From Octopus sinensis (taxonomy: Eukaryota): a DNA stretch of 64,000 bases. The stretch covers positions 2,976,001 to 3,040,000 of the forward strand of contig NC_043013.1 in NCBI RefSeq assembly GCF_006345805.1. The letters run 5' to 3'. The position numbers and the translations under genes are program-made. This document shows positions 50,801-64,000 of this stretch, piece after piece (position 1 is the stretch's first letter; every line of letters begins with the position of its first letter). The notes under the pieces are model-generated. The model ran no database searches. It had not been told where the DNA came from and saw only the letters and a list, made by a program, of their open reading frames with translations.

Positions 50801-52585
50801 TATACAGCCTATACAGTAATATACAGCTTTCTTTTAATAATTCCCAACTTATTCCTGTGGCTGAGAAACTTGGGAATGCGTATCATAAATGGTACATGGA
50901 ATCCAAGGAAATATGTCCTGTGTGTTTTATGTGATACACAGGGCAGGGAAAGGGTTAACAAAGGTTTTGCTGCTATTTCTAGCATGACTTGTATCTCTGA
51001 TGGTGATGATGAGGATGATGATGATAATGATGGCAGAGTGTGGTGGTGGTAATGGTAGTGATATATGATAATATGAAGTAGTCGCTGCTGCTGCTATTGT
51101 TGTTGTTGTTGTTGGCGCTCCGCTGCTACTGTTGTTTTCGTTGTTGTTGTTACTGTTGTTGTTGTTGTTATCGTTGTTGTTGTCGTTGTTGCTTGTCTTT
51201 ATTGCTTGAGCCCCGAGGCCCTGATCCAGCTGTCCTATGACACGCATGTAGTAAGCCTCGAAAGACGAAATACACAAATCATTCTCTTCAGTGATACCGT
51301 ATCGTCATCCAGCTTAAGACCAGTCTTACACACTCAGATACGTAATGAAGAATTTCACATAAGGTTCAGTGTAACAGTCTTAGATTATATAAGGCAATCT
51401 CTCCAAATGTCCTGTCGGTTCCTGTATACATCTGTAGATTCTGGTGGTGGCTGCTGTGGGGGAGGATCGCAATTTATGGTGGTGGGGGGGAATTATCTAT
51501 GAAAAACCTATCTGGTTAGATTGGCATGTGATGTGATCACTCTTCTTTATTTCAAGCAGTGTGTCTAGAATTCTTATCCAATACGCCCTTACTACATTTT
51601 TCTTTACGATGCTGGGATTTGATTTGAAGGAGAGAGAGAGAGAGTGTGTGTGTGTGTGTGTGATGGCTGCTATTTCTAACAGGTCGGGCAGACACGTAAA
51701 GATTGTTTTAGGTAGGTGATGCGGTGGTTGTGGCGTCGGTGGTTATTGTTGGCGGTGGCGACGGCAGTTGTTGGTGGCGGTGGTAGCTGTTGGCAGTGGG
51801 GTTGGATACGAAAGGGGTAGGGACATCTTTGGGTTTTTTTGTTCAGAGGTTTTTGTTCGAGAATGTTGGTTGATGGTGTCAACGGGGGAGGGGAAGGGGA
51901 GTGCATTGGGTGAGGAGTGGGGGATTGGGAGGTTGCTGTTCGTGATGGTGGGGTGTTGACCGAATGTTAAGTGCTAACAATGGTAACGGGTGGATGTGTT
52001 TGTGTTATAGAATGCAAGCAGTCATGAAACAGCTGCGGTGTATCACATAACCTACATCAGCAAAACTGCTTTCGCGCCGAAATCTTATGTAAGCACATAC
52101 GCACACACGCACCCCCTCCCTCCCTCACACAAAAACAAACATAGACACAACTACACACTCACCATATTATTTCTCTTTCTCTCTCCTTCTCACACACTTA
52201 ATTATTCTCATGCACGCAGACACAGATACACACACACACACGCACACTTACACAGACAGATGTATATATATATGTACACGTATATTTATAAGATGTCTCT
52301 CAATGCCAATACCCTCATCTCAACCTGACCTTTATATTAACTAATCAAATAGACAGATACAAAAAATTCATTTTGCTCTTATATAACTCATATTACATTC
52401 CCCCGTGTGATTGGTTGTTTGTGTGGTCACATGTACAATTATGTATACGAATAGTGGTCATGGTCAGTGCGTGTATGCATAATTATTTGTTTATAAAGAT
52501 ATATCCGTGCATATATTATATATATATATATATAATATATATATATATATAGATATGTAGATATATATCATATGTATGTATGTAT

Positions 52586-52641
<56 letters not shown>

Positions 52642-52922
52642 TATATAATATAGATATAGATATAGATATGTAGATATATATACATATGTATATATGTATG
52701 TATATATATATATATGTATATATAAATATATTATTATATATATTATATTATATACTATATACATATATACATATATAGATTTATGTATATATATATATAT
52801 ACATATATACATATATATACATATATACACACACATATATAATATGTGTGTGTGTGAGAGAGAGAGAGAGAGAGTGTGCGTGTGTGTGTGCCTGCAGTCA
52901 AATGACTGAAACAAGTAAACGA

Positions 52923-52967
<45 letters not shown>

Positions 52968-53668
52968 TACATACATATATTCACATATTAGTACATAGGA
53001 CGTATATGCAAATGGATATACGTATGCGTGCGTGTGTGTGTGCGCAAGCATTTGTGTGTACACATTTACACACGCGTAGACCCTGCAATCTATGTGTACA
53101 GTTATTCAAAGAAACGTCTGTATGGCACTCTAGTCGTATGTATATATTCATACACGAATACATATACACACACACACACACACACACGTGTATATAAATA
53201 TATAGCTTGTCTTCCTGTTCCTCTTTTACCTTCTCTTTCTTCCCCTCACTCCTGTGTGGGTGTATGTATATATGCATATGTATGCATATGCACTTATATA
53301 TACATATGTTGCTTTGCAGCATTTGCACCATTTAGCTCTTGATGTGTAAACTCTGCGTCGCAGTTTTTCCTATCTGGTCATCGGTACAATTCCGGTGCAC
53401 GTTACTAGTGAGGTGGTTTTTTGTTTTCCAAACGTCTCACAATGTGTTTTCTTTACTTTTCCTTTTATATTTTGTAGAACTTTTGGTGCTGCTGTCGTTC
53501 TCTTCTGCTGCATATTTCTTGCTTGCTCTATTGATATAGACTGTCGTTAGTCACTCGTAAGATTAACATTTCTTTTCGTAAACCACTATTTGTTCTTGGT
53601 TTTTCTCTTGTGTTATGGAGACTGGTTTTCAACGCACGAAGACGTCATTTGTTCTCTGAATGTGTGTC

Positions 53669-53736
<68 letters not shown>

Positions 53737-53796
53737 TGTGTGTGTGTGTGCGAGTGTATGTGTGTGTGTCTTTGTGTGTGTGTATGTATATATATG

Positions 53797-53827
<31 letters not shown>

Positions 53828-53966
53828 GTATATATATATATATGGGGGGGCGTGTGTGTGTCAGTGTGTCAGTGTGTAAGTGTGTGTGTGAGAGTGAGTG
53901 TGTGTGTATGCATATATATATGTGTATGTGTATGTATGTATGTATGTATATATACGTATATATAGT

Positions 53967-54011
<45 letters not shown>

Positions 54012-54017
54012 GTATGA

Positions 54018-54053
<36 letters not shown>

Positions 54054-54804
54054 ATGTGTGTGTGTGTGTATGGAAAGTGTGTATATCTGCTTTTCAGTAA
54101 GCTGTTTCTAGCACATCCAATCCAAAAAAGATTCCTGCTAAATTTATATATATCAATTGCTATTTTTAATCGTATGCCAAATAATCTAAATAATATAAAA
54201 TAATATAAAATATATGAAAATCACAGATACATATACACACCCATGCATGCATACACACATATGCGTATATATTTATATATATATACACATTCACACATAT
54301 ATATGCATACACACACGCGCACACACGATTTGTTGTTTCCTTACAGCACAGCCAATGCTCTCAGTTTTCGCTTATGGTTTACTTGGTCGCGAAACGTGAA
54401 AAACATTTTTAATTAGTTTAATAATGAATTCACTGATAGGTATGATGGTGCTGGTAAAGCCTGAAGAATCGAAGAGAAGTGTAGTAATGAAAGGAGAAGA
54501 CTCAATAACATCGGAGTGTTGTCTGTTACTAATACTATGAAACCATTCTGTTACTGACGTACTTACATTTGCCCAACAAAGAAAATGATGAGACATTTGC
54601 TTTATTCTAAGTAAAACTGAACGGTGGGTATGCTTGACAACTATTCCTAAATCAGATTGCGCTTAGGATTACTAGAGAAAGTAAGCTTGTGATCTTTAAG
54701 AGTTATAAATGATGTGCTATGTGCTACCTTGTCATCTATATTAAAGTTGGAGGATCAGATTTGCGTTCGTGCTCAAAAAAAGAAAAAAGTTTACATACAT
54801 ACAG

Positions 54805-54873
<69 letters not shown>

Positions 54874-54891
54874 CACATATATGTATGTTTT

Positions 54892-55035
54892 GCAGTTCGG
54901 CAAAGATACCGATAAAATATGTACTAAGCTTACAAAGAATAAGTCCTGGGGTCGGTTTGTTTGACTAAAGGCGGTGCTCCAGTATGGCTGCAGTCAAAAT
55001 GACTGAAACAAGTGAAAGAATAAAGAATAAAAGAG
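54892..55035 (+). mobile_element. SINE family A, 3' part
   Basis: gcttacaaagaataagtcctggggtcg...gactgaaacaagtgaaag. Confidence 0.8.
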
Positions 55036-55043
55036 TGTATATA

Positions 55044-55109
<66 letters not shown>

Positions 55110-55115
<6 letters not shown>

Positions 55116-55290
55116 CGAGAATTTACAAAAAAAAGGGGGAAAACAGGTGTGTAAACAACAAACAGATGTATTAGTTTAACGCTCAGAAAGTGAGAAAGTC
55201 TTTTATGTTTCGAGCCTACGCTCTTCAACAGAAAGGAACGCAGAAATAAACAGGGAGAGAAAATAGAAAAAGGTATAGTAGCTAGCGACC
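55110..55290 (-). mobile_element. PLE-type terminal repeat remnant with degenerate hammerhead (55200-55235)
   Basis: Minus strand: cttt CTGTTGA a GAGC gtag GCTC GAAA c at a aaag (A6-to-U; G16.2-to-A); downstream ctgagcgttaaactaatacatctgtttg matches window positions 1-40; abuts (TA)n. Confidence 0.6.
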
Positions 55291-55997
55291 TATCATATAT
55301 GTAAGATCAAGGGATCGAGGTGTAGGAAGAAAGTTAGCTTCTAGCAATCCGTAGTAAATATGAAAAAAAAACTTTCAGAAACAATAATGGTATATTGAGA
55401 GGGAAGGTTGCAGATTATTTTTCTTTATCGAGGAACGATAAGCAGAAAAAAGTTCTTTCTATATTCTACGGTAGACATGTGCCGAAAATAATACACGGGT
55501 TACGGAATGGAGTTGGTAAAACCCGGGTTACATGCTTCATAGCGAGTGAAATCTCAGAAGTGTTAACATCCAAGAGAGGTGTAAACCGTTGGCTACTCTT
55601 CAGGCCAAGGATATCTTGATTAGATTTAAGGTTACATTTTCGCAACGGGGTATATGTTGACGCAAAGAAGATTCAATCAGATTGAATACACACACAATTT
55701 CACCTTTCCGTTTCAGATAATGCTTTTCTTTACCTTTGTCTCCTCTCTAACCGACAAATCTCATTTCTTCCGCTTTCCAAGTCCATATTTTATTTCTACT
55801 TTTACATTTTATTTTTTGTACAACTGTAATATGGTCAACGTATGACATGTTTTATTTAAATAATATCTAACCAATATATTTAGATTTAGATTTAGATTTT
55901 TTCACTGTATTTCATTTAACTATTTTTCTCGCGTTCTACTTTGGAAGAAATTCGGAATTACGATTTCGAATTTTCAGTTACCAATATAGCTGTTTAT

Positions 55998-56700
<703 letters not shown>

Positions 56701-56919
56701 ATCAATATGCGTACGCCTGCATGTCTGTATGTGCATGTCTGTATGTGCATGTGTGTATGTGTGTGTGTTTGTATACGAGCCTGGCCGGTTGTAAATTATG
56801 ACTTCACTGTATTAAGGCTGTCAACAAGACAGTTAAAAACTGTGACAGGAAAACGATCTCACGACACCCACTTCCTCTCTGCTCTTACTATCATATATTA
56901 TCATTACAGCCGGCATCAC

Positions 56920-58028
56920 CACCAACAACATCAACAACAACAACAATATTATTAACAATAACAATAACAAATCACAGCGCCCAGCACTTGCATAACATGC
57001 GCGATATTATCAACGCCGAGGTCCAGCACCGCCATCACTACAACGGAAAGATAGCCTCACCACCCTCACAGTCGCCCACGATCACCCACCCTTGGCCATC
57101 ACCAAAACAACCTACACCACATTGTCACCAACACACCACCAACTGTGCCTACACCGCGACTCAGCCCACAACATCACTTTCATCGCGGTTGAGCCTACCC
57201 CCACCCCAACACTACCACCAACCATAAGAAAAAAACATCACCTTCTTTTGAAAGAATCACACAACCCCCCCCCCCACCCCACCGCCATCGACACCGCTCC
57301 CAGCCCTTACTATTGTGCCCTACACATCACAGAACTCTCTTTGACCGACTTTCTCTTTACCACTCCCCCCATTCCAAAGCCCCTCATCCACCAATCCATC
57401 GCCTACCACATACCCCCACTACACCTCACCCCACCCCGACCCTATAATAGTTGTTTCAATTACACGCCATAAATATTGTACATGTCTATGCTCACTGTCA
57501 CCCCCCAACCCCACCACCACCACTACCACCACCACCACCACCACCACCACCACCACCACCACTACCACCACTACCACCATCACACCACCACCACCACCAC
57601 TACCACCACCACCACCATCACACCAAAAACACCACCACCACCACCACCACTACCACCACCACCACCACTACCACCATCACCACCATCACACCACTACCAC
57701 CACCACCACCACCACCACCACAGTAGGGGCAACAATACAGGATCACCGCATCTGCCTGAAAATGCAGTTAGATCTCAGCCAAAATCAAGAAAAGGGAAGG
57801 ACACATTAGATAAAACAGTCCAAGGCCCTGGATGGATTTCCTTTGAAAAATAAGGCTGCTTGATTCGGGTCTGATTTGAAGCTAAACAACAAAACATTGG
57901 TACAACAGCTACTACTACTACCCCAACCACTACTATACTAACACTCCCTATGACACCACCAACACCACCAAAACCACCGCCCCCCTCCTATTTCTTTATG
58001 ATACCATCCAAACAAGACAATGAGTCGT

Positions 58029-58087
<59 letters not shown>

Positions 58088-58116
58088 ATTACTACTACTA
58101 CCACCACTACTACTAT

Positions 58117-58167
<51 letters not shown>

Positions 58168-58431
58168 CACTACCTCCACCATTACAGCAACAATATCATC
58201 AACAAAACCAATTTTCTACTCTTGTCTCATCCCGTGTCAAACATCTGCATCAAAATTTTCACCACCACCACGACTACAACCGCCACTGCCACCACCACAA
58301 ACCCGCTGCTACCGACACTGCAACCGTTATCACAGCCACCATCATCATTATCATCCACATCATCATCATCATCGTCATCATCATGACCATGACCATCATC
58401 CCACATAATCATCATCGTCATGATGACCATT

Positions 58432-58466
<35 letters not shown>

Positions 58467-59040
58467 CCTCACGATTACAGTCGACATAACCAACATTATA
58501 ACTACGCAACCATCATACCACTGCATTGACAGATGAAAGCCTTTATGCACCCCTACACACATTCACACTATCACCACCACCACCACCTCCATCACCACCA
58601 CTACCACCACTATCACAACCACCGATACAATCCCACACCCATCAAAACCATTACTATCACCACTACCATTAGTACCATCGCAACCACCTCCATGACAACG
58701 ACCTATACTATCATCTTCACCACAACGACTACTACCACAAGCACTACAACAACAATCACCGCACCACTACTACCACTACCATTATCAGCACAACTACTAC
58801 TGCAGCTACCTCCAGCAAAACAACCAATATCCCTACTACCACCACCACCACCACCACCACCATCAACACAGCCACCACCACTACAAACATCACAACCAAC
58901 CATCACTACCATCGCTACAGCTACAACCACGACTATCGCCATACCACCACCACCACCACCACCACGTCACAACAACAACAAAGACAATACTGCTAACACC
59001 ATCAACAACTACTACAACTACCACTACTACTACTCCTACA

Positions 59041-59083
<43 letters not shown>

Positions 59084-59150
59084 TATCTCCATTACTGTCA
59101 CTACTACTATTACTGCCACACGCCGTCACCACCATCGCTCCCACCCCCTC
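56920..59150. repeat. C/A-rich cryptic trinucleotide region (CAC, CAT, TAC, CAA runs)
   Basis: Direct reading; homopolymeric ORFs occur in all frames. Confidence 0.9.
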
Positions 59151-59525
59151 ACTCCTGTCGATTCAACTTACAGATAATCACGTGATGTAATAGAGAAAAC
59201 TTGGTTTTTCTGTGTCATGTTTGTCCCTGCACACATGAAAAAGGTCTTAACACATTATTGTGTACGAAGGAAAGTAGGTCGGGGGTGCCTTTGGGAGCTG
59301 GTTCGGGTGTTATTGATAGAAACCACACTCGTTCCAGTCTATGGAGAAAAAGAGAAAAATTCCTACTTCAGGGTCTGTTAAAATGTTACAAGTTGATTGT
59401 ATACGAATTATGCACTCACTCCTGCATACGTTTCTACACACACTGGTATACGAGTGAACGACTCTTCCTCACATTGCATTGTTTAAAAAACAAATATGCC
59501 ATATGGAAAACATACAAACGCACGC

Positions 59526-59569
<44 letters not shown>

Positions 59570-59681
59570 AGGCACAAACACACATACGCACGCTTGCACA
59601 TACAGAGACAATGACAGAAATCTATCTATCAATCTATATATGTGTGTGTGTGTATACATATACGCACACACACACACACAC

Positions 59682-59714
<33 letters not shown>

Positions 59715-60724
59715 GTCTGTGTGTGTATACATATATGCACATATACACATATATATATACATTTATGTGTGTGTGTGTGTATGTGTATGTGTGTATGTGT
59801 GTGTGTATTCTAACTCTTAAGAGTTACACAATATGTGTAAGTAATCCAAAGGTTTAAAGAACACAATGCAAGGATATAGAATAGGTTGTAAATTATATTT
59901 TAACCGTAAATTACGTCGATTCCAATCATTAGTTTCATATTTGATTGAAATTCAAGTAATGAAGTATATGATACAGTAATACATTTATATGCGGAATAGA
60001 TAATAAAAAATACTTTTGAATAAGAACGTTCGCCCACTGATCTCTGATATTTGTTTAAAAGATAACGTACGCAACTTTTAATTGAATTACTTAACCGCTA
60101 AAAGTTTTTAATTTGTAACGACCAACTGTGAACGGAAATTCAAAATGGATCCTTTTTACTTTCAAAAGCCAATGTTTCAACCATCATTACCAAGTTATTT
60201 AAGTTTGGCATATTGTAATGTGTCCACAAAAACTATATAGCCCTTGAGGTTGTCATGTTTCAAAGACTATATCTTGACAAACTTGAATCATTGCCAATTT
60301 CTGAAAGATCATTGCTAATTTCTGAAAGAATACTAATGTTGATTGAATCTTCCTTTAAATTTATTTTCATTTAACTCAATATATAGTGTGGAAACTGAAT
60401 TAGTAATTGTAAATACGGCAAATACTTTGTACATAAAAAAACACCATCGATTTCGAAAGCCATCAATTATTAAATGGAGAATTTGCAGGGTTAAAGTTAC
60501 ACGAACAGGAAATGTTAAATGTAAACGGTTGCTTATAGTTTTTATAGTTGGTACTTACCATTTCTCTTCCAAAAGTATGTGTATCGTTGACACTAAACTG
60601 TATAGCGTTTCTATAAAAAATTTCGTATTTGAGCATATCGGAGTGTGTATTTTGCGTTGCTTACATAAGGAGGAAAGAGGACAATTAATGCAATAGTAAT
60701 AACGATAACAACAACAACAACAAC

Positions 60725-60765
<41 letters not shown>

Positions 60766-60767
<2 letters not shown>

Positions 60768-61500
60768 GTAAATAGTTGGACTTGGTCATGGTTGTAGAAA
60801 GGAAGGTTAAATAGGGAGGCAGGAAGTTTGTAGCTGCACAAGATCAAACTTTGAGGACTAACTGGATGAAAATCAAGAGAGATAAAAAGCAGGAAAGTTT
60901 CCACTGTAGGTTATGTAAATCAAAACAGGAAAGCGTTACTCATATAGTAGGCGAATGTAGCATGCTGGTACAGGAAGAATACAAGAAAAGACATGACAAC
61001 TTAGGGAGAGTAATCAACTGGGAGCTATGTAGAATGCTAGGATTTGAACATACAGATAAATGGTATGAACATGAACCTAGTAAAGTACTAGAAAGTGAGA
61101 AATATAAGATGTGGGATTTTAACATTCAGACTGACAGAGTAAATAGAAGCTAGAAGGCTTACTTTAGTAGTGATACATAAAGAGAATAGAAAATGCCAGA
61201 TAATTGACCTTACAGTCCCAAATGATGAAAAAATCAATATGAGAAATATAGAAGAAATAGCAAAGTACCAGGACCTAGCCATTGAATTACAGAGACTATG
61301 GAAAGTGCGGGTAAAATGTATCCCAGTAGTCATAGATGCATTGGGAACAATCCCTAAAGATTTGAACAGATGGATAGAAGCGTAAACCCCTATTTAGTAC
61401 AGCTGCAGAAAACAGTGTTATTAAGAACAGCTAGGATATTTAGGCAACGAAGATTTCTTAGGAATTTTCTTTTCCAATAGTCTAATCTGTTGTGTGTATA
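60766..61500 (+). mobile_element. R4/Dong-like element 3' fragment (CCHC + RLE + 3' UTR)
   Basis: CRLCKSKQESVTHIVGECSMLVQEEYKKRHDNL, WDFNIQTDRV, CQIIDLTVPND, KYQDLAIELQRLW, IPVVIDALGTIPK; (TAA)n upstream and (TAC)n(TAA)n downstream. Confidence 0.92.
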
Positions 61501-61576
<76 letters not shown>

Positions 61577-61590
61577 CATAATAATAACAT

Positions 61591-62071
61591 TGTTTTGTCT
61601 TGGTATAAAAGATGGGCAACAGCAAATATTCTGCTCAATACCACAGACTTTCTTGTCAGTTGTTTGACCTTAAGCAGTTGAGCATGTCCCTTGGTGGCTG
61701 ACGATATGTGCATCTCTGATCACGAGCATAGGTAGTGGGGGAGCATCATAGCCATGTGTTGAGAGGGATTCTTTGGGGTTTGAATAATTCACCTTTGGAA
61801 ACATGGGTGGTTCTTTCAACATCCTTAAACAACCCTTATTCAGGGACCTTTTGAGCGGGATGGGCTACTCAACCTGAAGAAAATTCTAACTGGGTCCCAC
61901 CTGCAAGGTCATGTGCTGTTTATTTTGTTATGAGATCACCATGTCGCGCACATATGGTTGTGATGCATGTGCCTGGTGTACCCTTATCAGGCGGGTAGTC
62001 ATGATGGGTATACTGGGCTTCGCATATTTTACCCCAGTGTCACTTTGATGGCATGCACTGCTCTCTCACTC
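61591..62071 (+). mobile_element. T element, full length, (TAA)n on both sides
   Basis: ttggtataaaagatggg...gtcactttgatggcatgcactgctctctcactc followed by (TAA)n at 62072-62170. Confidence 0.88.
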
Positions 62072-62151
<80 letters not shown>

Positions 62152-62171
62152 TAATAATAATAATAATAATT

Positions 62172-63335
62172 TATGAGCACTTTGACAGCCAAAATTAGCT
62201 GCCAGAAGAACAGAAAGGTTGCGGGAAGAAGGCTAAAGGAACGCATGATCTATTATACATAGACAAAGCAGTACTGGAAGAAGTGAAATCTAGAAAGAAA
62301 AATCTAAGAATAGCATAGAAATATTATAAGAAAGCCTAATAAATGATTCCACAGCCATGGATAAGGAATGTTTGAGAATGTTCACTATTGTAAACAACCT
62401 AAGATGGCTAATTAGCGATAGCATGAAGAAATGAAAGGCGGATCTATACTCAGATGATACAGCCTTAGGGAGATAAATTTTCCAAGGACACTCGTTATCC
62501 CCTTTAATATCTGAGTTATATTTAATCATTCTTAGTTTAGTATTAAGAAAAGCTAAAGGCAGGGTATCAGTTTAGAGACAGTAAAGGAAAAATTAACCAT
62601 TTGCTCTACACGGATGATATGAAGCTTTTTAGTAAGTGTAAAAAAGAGATAGATTCCTCAATATAAATTGTAAGAATCTTCAGAGCAAGGATAGTAAAAG
62701 AATACTAACAAAGAAAGGAAGGTGGAAGAGGTTTAGTATCAGTAGAAGACTACGTGGAGTTAGCTAAAGCAGATATAACCTCCTATGTAGGTAATAGTGG
62801 AGAAAGTTTATGAAGAGCTGTTTGAGTAACAGTAGGACATTATGAAGCCAAAACGTCAAATGAATCCAGAAAAAAAGAAGACAGATTATCTGACTGACAA
62901 GAGAAGACTTTGCATGGTAGATTCATAAAAAGTAGTTGCAGCAAATAGTAACAGTTGGACATGATTATGGTTGAAGAAAAGAAGGTTAAATAGGGAGACA
63001 GAAGATGTATTTGTAGCTGCACAAGATAGATAAAAAACCAAGTGGATTCCAATGTAGGTAATGTAAATCAAAAGAGGAAAGTGTTACTCATATAGTAAGT
63101 GAATGTAGCGTGCTGGCACAGAAAGAAAACAAAAAAGGACATGACGACCTTTGGAGAGTAATCCACTGTTAGTTAAGTAGAAAGCTATGATTAGTGCTGC
63201 TTATAAAAAAAAAACATGTTATTAGGAACAGCTAGGATACTGAGAAAGGTTCTTGGCATTTAAGGTTACTCGTTGTAGTCCGGTGTTTGATATATTTTTT
63301 TCCAACAGTTTAATCGGTTGTGCGTATATGAAATA
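62172..63335 (+). mobile_element. R4/Dong-like element fragment (RT to 3' UTR, internally deleted)
   Basis: LPEEQKGCG..KGTHDLLYIDKAVL, IFQGHSLSP, NHLLYTDDMKL; 3' UTR ttccaacagtttaatcggttgtgcgtata resembles 61470-61500. Confidence 0.88.
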
Positions 63336-63389
63336 ACAACAACAACAACAACAACAACAACGACAGCAACAACAACAATAATAATAACA

Positions 63390-64000
63390 TTATGGAGAGA
63401 AAAATTACTTCATGGCTAATACTCTGCAAGGCTTGACAGAGAGGAGGAGGGCCTAAGTAATTGCCAACAATGACTCAAAAGATCTGGACTAAAAGCCGAA
63501 ACGGAAGGACTCCTTCTCGCTGCACAAGACCACTGCCTGACTACAAACAATTATAAAAACAAAGTTAACCAGTACAATGGGACAGTTGACTACATCATCT
63601 CGGGCTATCCAGTTCTTGCCAAACGTGAATATTTATACAGACACGATAAAGTAAACAGTTATATCCACTGCACTATATGCCAACATTACAAGACAAGTGG
63701 TATAAGTGTGTGCCAAGCCAGGAACATGACAAAGACCAGGTCACAATCATCTGGGATATGCCGGTTCAAAATGATAAAGAAATAAAAGCTAATCGCTCAA
63801 GGATAGGGGAAAAAACACCTGCTTACTGATAGATATTGCAGTCCTTTCTGATCAAAATATTGTCCAAAAAGAAGTGGAGAAATTGTCTAAGTAAAAAACT
63901 TCGAAATGTGGGGCATGAAGGTAAAAACAATACCAATAATAATGGGAACATTAGGCATGATAAAAATCATATGAAGAAAAACGTAGAAGTTATACCTGGA
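63390..64000 (+). mobile_element. Second R4/Dong-like subfamily fragment, runs off the window end
   Basis: LKAETEGLLLAAQDHCL, YLYRHDKV, IIWDMPVQNDKEIKANR, LLIDIAV..DQNI..KEVEKLSK, KTIPIIMGTLGMIK; preceded by (CAA)n(TAA)n. Confidence 0.82.

Noticed and set aside
57476-59177. His/Pro/Thr/Leu-rich ORFs resembling mucins or low-complexity proteins
   Set aside because: Stop-free in several frames because of CAC/TAC/CAT runs; no splice or domain evidence.
60550-60610. Candidate 52-nt minus-strand exon (AG...ATG|GTAAGT); similar candidates near 48225-48275 and 54380-54460
   Set aside because: Such splice-like hexamers are expected by chance in AT-rich DNA; the peptides are unrecognisable and no consistent exon chain could be built.
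61601-61670. HDV-like ribozyme at the T-element 5' end
   Set aside because: One stem (agcaaat/atttgct in the 44 kb copy) is present, but there is no room for P3, P1.1 and P4, and no GCNAA junction.

Overview
This is repeat-saturated animal genomic DNA, most likely a coleoid cephalopod (Octopus-like). That is inferred from the recurring tRNA-headed SINE families and the extreme microsatellite load; no database check was possible. I cannot support any host protein-coding exon, rRNA, true tRNA gene or CRISPR array, so the window looks like a long intron or intergenic tract. Almost all ORFs in the supplied track are translations of microsatellites or SINEs. The window contains: (i) decayed non-LTR retrotransposons of several clades (CR1-like x2, RTE, Tx1/L1, at least six R4/Dong-like RT/RLE fragments, and Penelope-like elements including a GIY-YIG remnant with an inverted pLTR); (ii) four tRNA-derived SINE families (called A-D here) plus a ~480-bp non-coding element (T) that ends in, or is flanked by, (TAA)n; (iii) hAT-type and MULE-type MITEs with TSDs, Helentron/Helitron-like non-autonomous elements and a probable Gypsy integrase scrap. 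Four observations stand out. First, seven hammerhead-ribozyme-like motifs lie in Penelope-type termini, one with an intact core at 37136-37170. Second, a Tx1 3' end shares its terminal ~30 nt with a SINE subfamily and sits in (CTAT)n arrays. Third, the T element co-occupies (TAA)n arrays with R4/Dong remnants at two loci. Fourth, inverted SINE arrays could form long dsRNA. Element boundaries were read by eye and are approximate unless a TSD or TIR is quoted.
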